From the sequence record NC_028927.1: a DNA stretch of 64,000 nt. The stretch is one strand, 5' to 3'. Positions 47,919-57,940 of this stretch are shown in pieces. Source of the stretch: Escherichia phage slur02. The translations under genes were made by a program, and so were the position numbers. Below the pieces are notes generated by a model. That model was not told the DNA's origin and did not search any database. It saw only the letters and a list, made by a program, of their open reading frames with translations. Every line of letters begins with the position of its first letter. Positions within the stretch are counted from its first letter, which is position 1.

Positions 47919-48389
47919 TTAATCATGTTTCCACACCCCATCGGTATTTGACCAAAGTCGCTGATTATCTGATCCTCGCCACAGCTTTTTAGTCGGAAGA
48001 TTTTTCTCATACTTCCCATCAATAATAACATCAACATATTTAAGCATTTCTAGTTGTTTAATATCTTCAAACTTATATCCTGTCCACAACCAAATGCTTT
48101 TATTGGGATAAAGATTTTTTACTGTTTGAACCACAGAGTGAATCACATCTCTGTTATCAGGATAAAGAGGGTCACCCCCAGTTATAGTTAATCCTTCTAT
48201 ATAATCATTATTCAAACATTCAATTAATTGTTCTAGTGTTTCACCAGTGAATGGAACACCATTTCTAGCATTCCATGTTGATTTATTATAACACCCTTCG
48301 CATTTATGCAAACAACCCGTAACGAAAAGAACGACCCTGCAACCAGGGCCATTCACAAAATCGCAAGGATAAAATCTATCATAATTCAT
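47919..48389 (-). CDS. nrdG: NrdG, anaerobic ribonucleotide reductase activating enzyme (radical SAM)
   Basis: 156 aa; cysteine cluster CLHKCEGC. Confidence 0.9.
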   Translation of the reverse strand: MNYDRFYPCDFVNGPGCRVVLFVTGCLHKCEGCYNKSTWNARNGVPFTGETLEQLIECLNNDYIEGLTITGGDPLYPDNRDVIHSVVQTVKNLYPNKSIWLWTGYKFEDIKQLEMLKYVDVIIDGKYEKNLPTKKLWRGSDNQRLWSNTDGVWKHD

Positions 48390-50203
48390 TGGTGTTTAAC
48401 CCTATGCATGATTTCTTTATTTTTACCGAGATTAAATCCGCGTTCGTTCGGATTTCCCAAATAACCACATGTTCTTCTTATTGTGTTCATCTTTTTAGGA
48501 TCAGTTTCTCCACAGATAGAACAAACAAATCCGTTTTCAGTAGGAGTCATTTCATGGGTACTTCCGCATGTAAAACATTTATCTACTGGCATATTAACAC
48601 CAAAATAATCTAAATGTTGTGCAGCATAATCCCAGACGGCCTCAAGCCCCTTTAAATTGTTTTTCATATCAGGAAGTTCAACATAAGAAATGTGACCACC
48701 TGTCGCAATGAAATGATATGGCGCTTCACGAGAAATCTTTTCAAACGGAGTAATATTTTCTTCTACTGAAACATGGAAACTGTTAGTGTACCAGCCTTTA
48801 TCGGTAACATCCTTTACATTTCCGTATTTTTCTGTATCGAGTTTACAGAAGCGATAACAAAGGTTTTCAGCAGGAGTAGAATATAAACTAAAAGCAAATC
48901 CGGTTCTTTCAGTCCACTGTTTAAGATGAGCATTCATTTTAGTTAAAATTTCTCGTCCAATATCACGACCGACAAGAATATTCAATTCGTGAATACCAAT
49001 GTATCCTAAAGACACTGAACTTCTACCGTTTTTAAATAACTCAATTATGTCGTCATCAGGTTTAAGACGAACCCCGAATGCACCTTCTTGGTAAAGAATA
49101 GGAGCAACAGTTGCTTTAACTCCTTTTAAGGAACTAATTCTACACATCAAAGCTTCAAAACATAAATCCATTCGTTCATTGAACAATTCGATAAATTTCT
49201 GTTCATTGAACTGTGTTCCAATATAAGAATCTAATGCGATACGAGGAAGATTCAGTGTTACAACACCGAGATTATTACGTCCATCAAGAATTTCATTGCC
49301 AGTCGAATCTTTCCATACGCCCAAGAAACTACGGCAACCCATTGGAGAAACAGGAACAGATGAACCAGTGATAGCTTTATTATTCTTAGCTGAAATAATA
49401 TCAGGATACATCCTTTTGCTTGCGCACTCTAGAGCAAGTTGCTTAATGTCGTAATTCGGATCGTCTTTATAAAGATTAACGCCTTCTTCAACGAACATAA
49501 CAAGCTTAGGGAAAATAGGAGTTATTCCATCACGACCAAGACCTTTAATACGATTTTTCAGAATTGCTTTCTGAATCATTCGTTCAGTCCAGTCAGTTCC
49601 CGTACCAAATGTAATTGTTACAAAAGGAGTTTGTCCGTTTGAACTAAAGAGAGTATTTACTTCATATTCATAAGCTTGGAATGCATCGTATACGTCTTTT
49701 TCTGTTTTAGATTGAGCATAATTCAGTGCATCGGCGATTTGCCATTTTTCTGCATCCTCAATATGTTTTGCATAGGTGCGTTTAACATAAGGAGAAAGTA
49801 CTTTATCTACATTCGCAAAAGTCGTTCCGCCGTATTGGTGAGAAGCAACCTGTGCAGTAATTTGTGCCATAATTGCAGTAGCAACTCCAATTGATTTAGG
49901 AGTTTCAATCTGTGCATTACCAAGCTTAAATCCGTTCTCAAGCATTCCTTTTAAATCTACTAAACAGCAATTAGTAAATGGAAGAGCAGGGGAATAATCA
50001 ATATCATGGAAATGAATAATTCCGCTTTCATGCGCTTTCATAATAAAAGACGGGACCATATTTTTGGCAATGTGTTTAGACACAATACCAGCCATAAGGT
50101 CCCGTTGAGTTGGAAAAACACGAGAATCTTTATTAGCATTCTCGTTTAAAAGGTCTTTATTAGTTTTATGAATCAATCCTTCAATTTCTTTTTCAATTGT
50201 CAT
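48386..50203 (-). CDS. nrdD: NrdD, anaerobic ribonucleotide reductase, intron-less
   Basis: 605 aa continuous ORF; C-terminal glycyl-radical motif RTCGYLG and zinc cysteines. Confidence 0.95.
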   Translation of the reverse strand: MTIEKEIEGLIHKTNKDLLNENANKDSRVFPTQRDLMAGIVSKHIAKNMVPSFIMKAHESGIIHFHDIDYSPALPFTNCCLVDLKGMLENGFKLGNAQIETPKSIGVATAIMAQITAQVASHQYGGTTFANVDKVLSPYVKRTYAKHIEDAEKWQIADALNYAQSKTEKDVYDAFQAYEYEVNTLFSSNGQTPFVTITFGTGTDWTERMIQKAILKNRIKGLGRDGITPIFPKLVMFVEEGVNLYKDDPNYDIKQLALECASKRMYPDIISAKNNKAITGSSVPVSPMGCRSFLGVWKDSTGNEILDGRNNLGVVTLNLPRIALDSYIGTQFNEQKFIELFNERMDLCFEALMCRISSLKGVKATVAPILYQEGAFGVRLKPDDDIIELFKNGRSSVSLGYIGIHELNILVGRDIGREILTKMNAHLKQWTERTGFAFSLYSTPAENLCYRFCKLDTEKYGNVKDVTDKGWYTNSFHVSVEENITPFEKISREAPYHFIATGGHISYVELPDMKNNLKGLEAVWDYAAQHLDYFGVNMPVDKCFTCGSTHEMTPTENGFVCSICGETDPKKMNTIRRTCGYLGNPNERGFNLGKNKEIMHRVKHQ

Positions 50204-50673
50204 TTTAAACTCTTTCTAAGCTGCTTCTTAAATGAAGCTATTAACTGTGTTTTAGTGTCAGATTCATTATATTCAAATCCTCTTTGAAGCATCTCGGCCA
50301 TCATTTCCTCTTTTCCTAAACGAGAAAATTCCTTTGATTTATCTCCAACAAAGTTAGGGTGAATATTATTTTGGGTGTAATCGGATTTTAAATAAGTAAG
50401 TAAATTTTCTAACCATTCAAGATAATCAACACCCTGTCCCTTTAAGCCAGAACGATTAAATTTATGCTTCATTTGACCTTCTGCGGCATTGCAGAGATTA
50501 CAAAGCAATCCACGTACTTTTCCTGCTTTTGGTCCATTTAATTCATGGTCATGGTCAAGGTGATTAGCTTGAACATCAGGATTTAGTTCTCGTTGGCAAA
50601 TTAAGCATTTACCATTTTGTGCATCATAAAATTTCTGTTTTTCTTCTTTATATAATTTGCCAGTCAATAACAT
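50200..50673 (-). CDS. 49: gp49 endonuclease VII (Holliday junction resolvase)
   Basis: 157 aa; zinc/His-Me motifs CLICQ and HLDHDH. Confidence 0.9.
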   Translation of the reverse strand: MLLTGKLYKEEKQKFYDAQNGKCLICQRELNPDVQANHLDHDHELNGPKAGKVRGLLCNLCNAAEGQMKHKFNRSGLKGQGVDYLEWLENLLTYLKSDYTQNNIHPNFVGDKSKEFSRLGKEEMMAEMLQRGFEYNESDTKTQLIASFKKQLRKSLK

Positions 50674-50714
50674 AATAAACCCTTACCTTAAATAGATAAG
50701 GGTATTTATTATTT

Positions 50715-51218
50715 TCAAGTATTGTAAAACATTTGATTCAATCGCTTATATTGCCGAATCTTTTGGTCAGAAAAAGAAATTTGGGTTTCAAGCCATTCAA
50801 TATATTCTGCCGCAGCTTGCATTAAATTTCCTTCATAGCCATCGTTATTTTCTTGTGCAGCTAATTTAGCTAATGCGTATGAAATACGTTCACCTTGAAA
50901 ATCGGCTTTAGACTTCTGAACAGCTTGATTAGTTCGCTCTACAACTTCTTCAATTTCGCCATTTTCGACTGATTCAGTATTCCACAAGCACCAATACGTA
51001 ATTGGCTTATCATAGATGTTAATAATCTTTCCATCAGAAAGTTCAATTTCAATAATTCCAGTATCAGGTTCTATATCATCTTCACATTCTTTTGCAAGTT
51101 CACGAACTTTAAAGACAGTACCTGCACTAAGTTCCGGCCAGTAATTACATAGCCCTGTATCAGCACGATTAATTCTAAACCACTTATCTACTGTAATCAT
51201 GTCCCATCTCCATATCAA
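50715..51218 (-). CDS. pin: Pin-like protein (167 aa)
   Basis: Position downstream of gene 49; synteny only. Confidence 0.45.
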   Translation of the reverse strand: MIWRWDMITVDKWFRINRADTGLCNYWPELSAGTVFKVRELAKECEDDIEPDTGIIEIELSDGKIINIYDKPITYWCLWNTESVENGEIEEVVERTNQAVQKSKADFQGERISYALAKLAAQENNDGYEGNLMQAAAEYIEWLETQISFSDQKIRQYKRLNQMFYNT

Positions 51219-51322
51219 TTAAGTCATTTATCGTTGGTTCATTATACACCGTTTCTTCATCAGTGTAAACCGGTTCTTCCGGCTCTGGCTCTACAGTTTC
51301 CCATCTAGCCGCCCACCAAGGT

Positions 51323-51493
51323 TTAACCCCGAAGCTTATTAAGTTCTTCATAATCAATCCAGGATTCTAATCCTGATGGCAAATCAGATTCAATTTCCCA
51401 AAGAAGTTCTTCAATTTTCTGAAGACGATCTAGTTCTTCGGCTGGAATAGTAACCATTGACGGAGCTCGTGATACACTAATATCGTAAATCAT
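51323..51493 (-). CDS. small protein (56 aa)
   Basis: Track ORF trimmed to ATG coupled to upstream stop. Confidence 0.35.
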   Translation of the reverse strand: MIYDISVSRAPSMVTIPAEELDRLQKIEELLWEIESDLPSGLESWIDYEELNKLRG

Positions 51494-51495
51494 AT

Positions 51496-51711
51496 TTACC
51501 CCAGTTTGACCATGCAATCGCCGTATTTCCACTTAGAAATAGACTTTTCACCGTTAGAATAATAAACTTCGAGTTTAGCACGATTATTTTTAATTTGAAT
51601 AACCTTGGCTGTCATCAAAGTTCCATACCCATAGTAAACTGCAACTTCATCACCTACATATACCGCGCTTCCGCGGTAATCGTGAATATAGTCAGTTCCT
51701 TCGAGCATCAT
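51496..51711 (-). CDS. hypothetical protein (71 aa)
   Basis: Track ORF; ATGA coupling to nrdC. Confidence 0.45.
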   Translation of the reverse strand: MMLEGTDYIHDYRGSAVYVGDEVAVYYGYGTLMTAKVIQIKNNRAKLEVYYSNGEKSISKWKYGDCMVKLG

Positions 51712-51971
51712 TTAAAATATTCTCGCAGTTGGTCAAATCCACCAATATGACTTCCATCAGGAGCAAATACCTGAGGCATTGTCAAGCCGATTTGAGTATC
51801 ACGACCTAGTTTCGTTAGAAGCTCAGCGATTTTCTCATCATCAAAAACACCTTTTTCCGGCATAATGTTGATAAATTCAAACGGCTGTTTCTTCACGGTC
51901 AAAAGACGTTTTGCATTATCGCAATACACACATTTGTGGATGTTGCTATCATAACCATATACTTTAAACAT
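51708..51971 (-). CDS. nrdC: NrdC thioredoxin/glutaredoxin
   Basis: 87 aa; CVYC active site. Confidence 0.8.
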   Translation of the reverse strand: MFKVYGYDSNIHKCVYCDNAKRLLTVKKQPFEFINIMPEKGVFDDEKIAELLTKLGRDTQIGLTMPQVFAPDGSHIGGFDQLREYFK

Positions 51972-51972
51972 A

Positions 51973-52215
51973 TTATTCCTTAATTCCTAGTACTTGTTTA
52001 AAAGTCTCGTCGTAATCAAGACTTTGGCCCGTTTGTTCTTTATGTTTGTATATAATATCACTTACTTCTGATAGCATATTTTTATATGAACGAGTTAAAG
52101 CAGATTTAAGCACACTGTATCTATCAGGAAATTTACCATGTTCATTATAATAAGCTATTGCTAATTCACGGACTGCCTTTTCAGCAGCCTCCATATATTC
52201 TTTACGCTTGGTCAT
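51973..52215 (-). CDS. hypothetical protein (about 80 aa)
   Basis: Track ORF trimmed to [13 protein letters not shown] start. Confidence 0.4.
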   Translation of the reverse strand: MTKRKEYMEAAEKAVRELAIAYYNEHGKFPDRYSVLKSALTRSYKNMLSEVSDIIYKHKEQTGQSLDYDETFKQVLGIKE

Positions 52216-52519
52216 TTTCTTCTCGGTCAAATCGGTGTTTACAATGGCGGCATTTATAACGAAGATTACTAGTCTGCCAATGGACCAATTGCACCTGTTC
52301 AGTTCCACATTCAGGGCAATTAGGAACGTTTTTAGAAGCCCTTTCGCGACGTTTAACCATAGCCATAATGGCATCCCATGCTGGAGGTTTAAAATCTAAA
52401 TCGTCACAACCATGAATCTTTCCACGCATTTCCATATCATCTTCCTCACCAGCCATAATAATTTTAATTAAACTGGAATTACTTGAAGCTGCAATGTCTT
52501 CTAATAGACGCTTTTTCAT
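52202..52519 (-). CDS. zinc-finger protein (105 aa)
   Basis: CPECG...CRHCKH zinc ribbon. Confidence 0.5.
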   Translation of the reverse strand: MKKRLLEDIAASSNSSLIKIIMAGEEDDMEMRGKIHGCDDLDFKPPAWDAIMAMVKRRERASKNVPNCPECGTEQVQLVHWQTSNLRYKCRHCKHRFDREENDQA

Positions 52520-53445
52520 TTCAATACCTCAATAGCATTACGTAAACCATTTGCTTTTGCATTAAGAGCTTTTAACAATTTGGTGTGTTCTGCAATTTGG
52601 GCTTCAACTTCAATCAAACGAGCATTGAGATATTCGCGTTCTTCACTCAGATTATCAACCTTTTCTACTTTAGGCTCTTTTACAACTGTCTTATATGTAT
52701 TAGGGTTCTTCAGTTTAATTAGAATGCGTGAACTGTATAACATTGAACCATTATCTTCGGTTTCGTCATACATTTCTACTACATCCATAATTTTTAACAT
52801 CATGCGGAGTTTATAAGACAACGAACGAATAGTTTTGTTGTGCTTATTAATTTCTTTAGCTGTCATGGTGCCGAGATTACGTGAGTAATAATAAGGAACC
52901 TGGATATTAATTAATACTGATGAACCACCTGGCTTGTGTGTTACTTCATCAGCAATAACCCAATCCTTAACATGAACTGTATTTGTACGGTCATCGCCCG
53001 CGGTAAATAGTTTGCGAGCATGCTTAAAAAGCATATTCACTTGGTCATTGAATTGACAAGCAAATTTATCAGCAAATTTAGTTTCAGGAATGGTAGATAA
53101 CCAATCAGCCAAATGGGTCTTTTTAACATCGTTAACAATAGTAAATTCAACCAAATCAGTTATAGATGTCTCAGATTTAATAAAGCTCGGCTTCATAAAG
53201 TTTTTAATGTTATCGCGAGCTACAGTAGAAGATAACATACGAGAACGTTTAAACCATTGAAGCAAATTGCCCAACGAATGAGAATAAGCGTTTTGAGTAT
53301 CTTTACAGATATGATTTTCCTGGCCAACATATTGAAGGAAATCACGAAGAATATTATTGATTACTGCTCTGTGTCCGATCTGATAATTACGGTGTTTAGT
53401 AATAAGACTGTCAAAATAATCAATATAATGTTTACGAGTTTTCAT
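52516..53445 (-). CDS. paralog family member A (309 aa) with C-terminal coiled coil
   Basis: Shares motif LFKHARKLFTAGD with next three ORFs; heptad C-terminus. Confidence 0.6.
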   Translation of the reverse strand: MKTRKHYIDYFDSLITKHRNYQIGHRAVINNILRDFLQYVGQENHICKDTQNAYSHSLGNLLQWFKRSRMLSSTVARDNIKNFMKPSFIKSETSITDLVEFTIVNDVKKTHLADWLSTIPETKFADKFACQFNDQVNMLFKHARKLFTAGDDRTNTVHVKDWVIADEVTHKPGGSSVLINIQVPYYYSRNLGTMTAKEINKHNKTIRSLSYKLRMMLKIMDVVEMYDETEDNGSMLYSSRILIKLKNPNTYKTVVKEPKVEKVDNLSEEREYLNARLIEVEAQIAEHTKLLKALNAKANGLRNAIEVLK

Positions 53446-53497
53446 ATTCTTCTCACTTGGTTAATGATTTATACTCCGAGCCATCCTTGGCTTTAAA

Positions 53498-54499
53498 TTA
53501 CTTAATTAACTGTAAAGCTTGTTCAAGACGATCAAGACGATTAACGGATTCTTCCCAAATCTTTTTAGCCTGCTCATATTCTTTCTGCGCTTTATTAGAA
53601 ATTTCTAGAACTTCTTTATAAGCTTTTTCTAGTGCAATAACTTCTGGACGAATTTCTACCGGTTCAGGAGAATCATCAAGATTATCCATTAGTTCCTCAA
53701 GGGTAGTTTCTTCTTTAGGAGTATTCACAATTTCATCACATTTTTGTTGGTAAATTTCTTTATCAGTCGGTGAGTACGCACACTTTACTTCACGAAGACT
53801 AACTACAATTTTATATCCTTCCCAACCGCATATATTCTTAAAAGGATATGTATGAATATTTTCTACTGTTTCCATACAAAGTAATGCGGTCTCTAATTGA
53901 CGAGTTATAGTGCTAGCAATTGAGAAAAATTTATTAATGTTCTTTTGGTTAGTTTCTGGTGTAAAAAATCCATAATTCACAAAAATAGCTACTTTATTTT
54001 TATCAAGTTCATATTCTTTTATGATAATCATATCAGAAGCCAAAGGATGAATTTGACGATAATCACCATAACATAATTTAGAAGCTGATTTTAGAATTTG
54101 CTTCTTAAAAAGTCTGAAATTACTAATCCAACGACGAGTAAAAATATTCTCAGGGTCTTCTTTATTATTAAGATGATAAGAATTAACATCACCGAACCAA
54201 TTATATCCTACTACATCTTTGGTTCGTTTAATTTCTTTCCCAAAATTACCAAGAATATCCCGATTAACCAAATATGAAAGAAGACGAGACTCTTTAAAGG
54301 TTTTCTTGATAACATCTTTATCTACACGGCTAGAAATTTTACGAATTTCATGAATAAATTTAGTAGAAGAAACAATACTTGCATCAACACTATTGAGCCA
54401 TTGATTGATAATAGAAAGAACGATATTTTGACCAAACATCGGTATAGCTTTATCATCAATAACGCTATTGAATGATTTGATATATTCGTTACGAGTCAT
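53498..54499 (-). CDS. paralog family member B (about 333 aa)
   Basis: Start moved to ATG after GAGGAG SD; motif QILKSASKLCYGD; C-terminal coiled coil. Confidence 0.6.
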   Translation of the reverse strand: MTRNEYIKSFNSVIDDKAIPMFGQNIVLSIINQWLNSVDASIVSSTKFIHEIRKISSRVDKDVIKKTFKESRLLSYLVNRDILGNFGKEIKRTKDVVGYNWFGDVNSYHLNNKEDPENIFTRRWISNFRLFKKQILKSASKLCYGDYRQIHPLASDMIIIKEYELDKNKVAIFVNYGFFTPETNQKNINKFFSIASTITRQLETALLCMETVENIHTYPFKNICGWEGYKIVVSLREVKCAYSPTDKEIYQQKCDEIVNTPKEETTLEELMDNLDDSPEPVEIRPEVIALEKAYKEVLEISNKAQKEYEQAKKIWEESVNRLDRLEQALQLIK

Positions 54500-54527
54500 A
54501 TTAATCTCCTCATTAGAAAGTAAGAAC

Positions 54528-54560
54528 ATTATACCACATCTTTGTGGCGAAGTAAACTAG
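54528..54560 (-). promoter_or_regulatory. early promoter upstream of paralog B
   Basis: GTTTAC, 17 nt, TATAAT; palindromic spacer CCACAAAGATGTGG. Confidence 0.55.
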
Positions 54561-55582
54561 TTTAGTGCATTTAGTGCATTGTTCAGTTTAGAACGTTGCT
54601 TTGTCAGATTTTGAACCCTTGACTGAGCTTGTTCTAACACCTTTTCAGCTTCTAGCACTTCATTGGTCGCTTTAACGAGTTCATCATCTACTGCCTTAAG
54701 AGACTTCTCAATCGCGTCAGCGTGCCATTTTTCTACAGGTTTAAGACTCGGATTTTCAACAGGAAGAAAATTCACTTTATTGAATTTCCATGCATCATTA
54801 TTACCTGAACTATACATCCAAAATTTAGAATCGTTTGATGAGTAATTGGATAAATTTAAATTTAAGTTATCTTGCACTTCTTGCTTTTTCTCTTGCGGGA
54901 CTTCGTCCTTTCTCAAAAAATCGTATTTAAATGAAACGATCATATCAAGTTCATATGTTGTCGTATCTAACTTAAATCGTTCAAAACGAGGTAAAATCTT
55001 AGATTGAACAGCAGCAACAACATCCATATACTTAAATGCTTCTGTCAACTGTGATTTAAGGCATTCACAAATTGAAAGAGAATTTTTTGTATTAGGTTTA
55101 AAGCTAATTCGTGCAGTTCTATTATTTTCTTTTAACGGTCTTACTTCCATCTGAAGAGTATAACCATCAAATTTCAGATTCTTTAAGTTAATATCAGAAC
55201 CTTTTAATCGACTAGCCGTAGACAAAATTTGCTTTAATTGTTTACGGAATAGAGCAATAAATCTCCATTCAAGACGATAATGATTTGGATTAAAAAATCC
55301 TGTTGATAAATCAACCTTACTCTGACCAACGCCTTGAACAAATAGAGGATTTTTATAATCAATAGTTTTACAGAAATCGGTGAGCTGCTCACGAGCAGTC
55401 ATTTGTGTAATATATCCCGCTTTACTAAAATGACGTAACCATTCACTGCTATTCATATATTTAAAGTGAATGGAACTATTAACTCTATCAGGGTCTAAAT
55501 TATTTTGGCACAAAAATGTCATAACATTACGGGTATAGCTAGCATTACGAACCATATCTTCAATTTGAGAACGAGTTTTCAT
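54557..55582 (-). CDS. paralog family member C (341 aa)
   Basis: Motif QILSTASRLKGSD; C-terminal coiled coil. Confidence 0.6.
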   Translation of the reverse strand: MKTRSQIEDMVRNASYTRNVMTFLCQNNLDPDRVNSSIHFKYMNSSEWLRHFSKAGYITQMTAREQLTDFCKTIDYKNPLFVQGVGQSKVDLSTGFFNPNHYRLEWRFIALFRKQLKQILSTASRLKGSDINLKNLKFDGYTLQMEVRPLKENNRTARISFKPNTKNSLSICECLKSQLTEAFKYMDVVAAVQSKILPRFERFKLDTTTYELDMIVSFKYDFLRKDEVPQEKKQEVQDNLNLNLSNYSSNDSKFWMYSSGNNDAWKFNKVNFLPVENPSLKPVEKWHADAIEKSLKAVDDELVKATNEVLEAEKVLEQAQSRVQNLTKQRSKLNNALNALN

Positions 55583-55590
55583 GGTGTTCC

Positions 55591-56478
55591 TTAAGATTTA
55601 AGTAAATCAACAATTTTAATTAATTTTTCACGCTCAGATTTAGCTTTACTACTCAGTCCAGATAGTCTGAAAATTTCATCGTCATATTGTTGAATAGAAA
55701 TATTCAGCTCTTCAATCTGCTTATTAAAATAATCAATTTGTTCAGAATGTTTTTCGTTACTACGAACTGGTACAGGTTTTGTAGGCAATTTAGTTGAACT
55801 GGATTCATCCGGGCGATAAATTAAAATACAACTTGAACCAATAGGGCATTTAGCACCAGATGAATATTCTAATGTTCCGGCTTCTTTTAAAACTTCAAAA
55901 GCTAAACAGAGATGATGCCCCATATTAACATAATCTGTAGAGTGAGCTCTGATATAATAATCATCGCCGCGAATACTAAATTTAAAGCATTTAAGGTCTT
56001 CTGTATTATTGGTCTTAAAAATCATTTGTTTATCTAGACCTTTAGCTAATCGAGCGCCTAATGCTAATAATCGTCGTTGATTTTCCCACAAATCCGTAAT
56101 CATTTGATCGAATGATAATTTAGGCATTAGTCGACCATAAAGGTCATATCCTTTATTATAATTGCGAAGGATTTCACTCGCATTAATACGAGACAACGCT
56201 CCAATTTTATTAAGGGCTTTCATGATGCGATCAGATAAACTCATTCCAGACCCGTTTGTTCGCTGTAAATGTTTATCTAATCCAAACCCAATATCAACTT
56301 TAAACTTATCTAAAATTTCTGCATGAACATCTCTGTCAATAACATTCAAATCCAAAGTTGGGTTAAATCTATGAAAAAATTTATCTGGCTCTCCACGACG
56401 AAGTACAGTCCATTCATTCAATTTTTTATTAACTAAAGATTTAATTACTGCATTGACATTATTAATTACTACTGACAT
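55591..56478 (-). CDS. paralog family member D (about 295 aa)
   Basis: Start moved to ATG after GAGGA SD; motif LLALGARLAKGLD; C-terminal coiled coil. Confidence 0.6.
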   Translation of the reverse strand: MSVVINNVNAVIKSLVNKKLNEWTVLRRGEPDKFFHRFNPTLDLNVIDRDVHAEILDKFKVDIGFGLDKHLQRTNGSGMSLSDRIMKALNKIGALSRINASEILRNYNKGYDLYGRLMPKLSFDQMITDLWENQRRLLALGARLAKGLDKQMIFKTNNTEDLKCFKFSIRGDDYYIRAHSTDYVNMGHHLCLAFEVLKEAGTLEYSSGAKCPIGSSCILIYRPDESSSTKLPTKPVPVRSNEKHSEQIDYFNKQIEELNISIQQYDDEIFRLSGLSSKAKSEREKLIKIVDLLKS

Positions 56479-56485
56479 ATTTTCC

Positions 56486-56893
56486 TCACTCAATTTCAAT
56501 TTTACTAAATACGCAGAATATGATGGAAAAGACTATATAAGCACCGCATACAGATTGAACTAATACCATTCCAAAGAACCAAACAATATTATCAAACAAT
56601 GTCTGTTTTACGTCGAAAGGACGTAAACTTACAGTAATATTATCGCCTTTTTCTATTGATGAATACATCTCTGGGGAAATATATTCACTAAATCTATAAC
56701 CGTCTTTGAGTTCATATACGGCAATAAACGATAAACTAGACCCCTTTCCTTGAGTTCCTGTAAGGGTATTAACTACAGTAACATCATAATCTTTATAATG
56801 CATATAATCATTAATTGCGTAATAACCATATGCAATTACTATACATAAACAACATATCAATAAATTCAATCTTTTAATTATCAACTGTTTCAT
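56486..56893 (-). CDS. membrane protein (135 aa)
   Basis: N- and C-terminal hydrophobic helices. Confidence 0.5.
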   Translation of the reverse strand: MKQLIIKRLNLLICCLCIVIAYGYYAINDYMHYKDYDVTVVNTLTGTQGKGSSLSFIAVYELKDGYRFSEYISPEMYSSIEKGDNITVSLRPFDVKQTLFDNIVWFFGMVLVQSVCGAYIVFSIIFCVFSKIEIE

Positions 56894-56948
56894 AATAATC
56901 TCAATTAAAAGGGCTTAGAACCATTATACCATCCTTGGTATAAAGCGG

Positions 56949-57476
56949 TTATGCGAGTACCGTCTTTAACCGTTCTTCAAACTTCCGAAGAGTATTCTGG
57001 CGTTCAGCTCTTTGCTTTTTGTAAGTTTCAATACGCTCTGAAATGAGAGTGTATCGTTCATTTACTGATTCTTTCATAAAATCAGGAATTTCACGAGAAG
57101 CTTTAATCTCGTCAAATTTATCAATAACAGCTTGCTCTTCAGCAATTAAGTTATCATACATCAAAATATCTTTCTTGATGAACTCAATATCTTCTTGAGT
57201 TACACGAGATAATTTAGATGCTTTATCCTTTTTGTACTGTTCGTTAGTATCACGAGACCAGTGTAATGTACGATTTTTATTCGTATTTTTGTAAATTTCT
57301 ACAATACCAATCTCATCAATAATAACGATCCAATTCCAACGAGATTTGTAAATTTGCCCTCCATCAACTGTGATTTCACCTCCGATTGAGATGTCATTAA
57401 AGAACTTGCTTTGTGCTTCTGATTTAAATTTACCATCATTGTAATTTACCAGGTTGAAAATATCTTTAGCGTTCAT
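56949..57476 (-). CDS. hypothetical protein (175 aa)
   Basis: Track ORF; early promoter module upstream. Confidence 0.5.
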   Translation of the reverse strand: MNAKDIFNLVNYNDGKFKSEAQSKFFNDISIGGEITVDGGQIYKSRWNWIVIIDEIGIVEIYKNTNKNRTLHWSRDTNEQYKKDKASKLSRVTQEDIEFIKKDILMYDNLIAEEQAVIDKFDEIKASREIPDFMKESVNERYTLISERIETYKKQRAERQNTLRKFEERLKTVLA

Positions 57477-57504
57477 TTTCTGTTCCTCCGTAGTTGATAG
57501 TTGT

Positions 57505-57538
57505 ATAGTACCACAGAGGAACAGTCTTGTAAACCACT
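57505..57538 (-). promoter_or_regulatory. early promoter with conserved leader
   Basis: Conserved module GTTTAC...TACTATACAACTATCAACTAC. Confidence 0.55.
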
Positions 57539-57851
57539 AAAAGAAACTTCTTTCACAATTTTTTCCACTGAACCACGCGCTCACTGCTTTCTTAGTCTCA
57601 GGAGCAGTGTTATCCATAAACCATTCAAAGGCAGCCTTTTTATGATTCTGGAGGGCTTCTCGGGCTTTAATCTGCTCACGGTCTATTAACACTAACATAT
57701 GAGCCTTTCTTGTCACCAAGGGCTTCTTATGATTTTTTGAATACTCCCAGTCATTTGTCCATCGCATTGTCGTTGCGAATTGAAATACAGCTTCTTTAAT
57801 TTTAGTTTCGTAAATTTCACGAGCCTTTGAGTATAACATCATTACCTCCAT
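57537..57851 (-). CDS. hypothetical protein (104 aa)
   Basis: Track ORF. Confidence 0.45.
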   Translation of the reverse strand: MEVMMLYSKAREIYETKIKEAVFQFATTMRWTNDWEYSKNHKKPLVTRKAHMLVLIDREQIKAREALQNHKKAAFEWFMDNTAPETKKAVSAWFSGKNCERSFF

Positions 57852-57940
57852 TTACCAGTTTAATTCTAGTCATCTTTTTGATGGCAGTCCATATAATCTA
57901 TTTCTGAACTGCCTTTTTATCTTAGAAGTCCTCTTATGAA

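Noticed and set aside
47813-48037. 74-aa ORF overlapping the nrdG start
   Set aside because: Overlaps the conserved radical-SAM N-terminus of NrdG in another frame.
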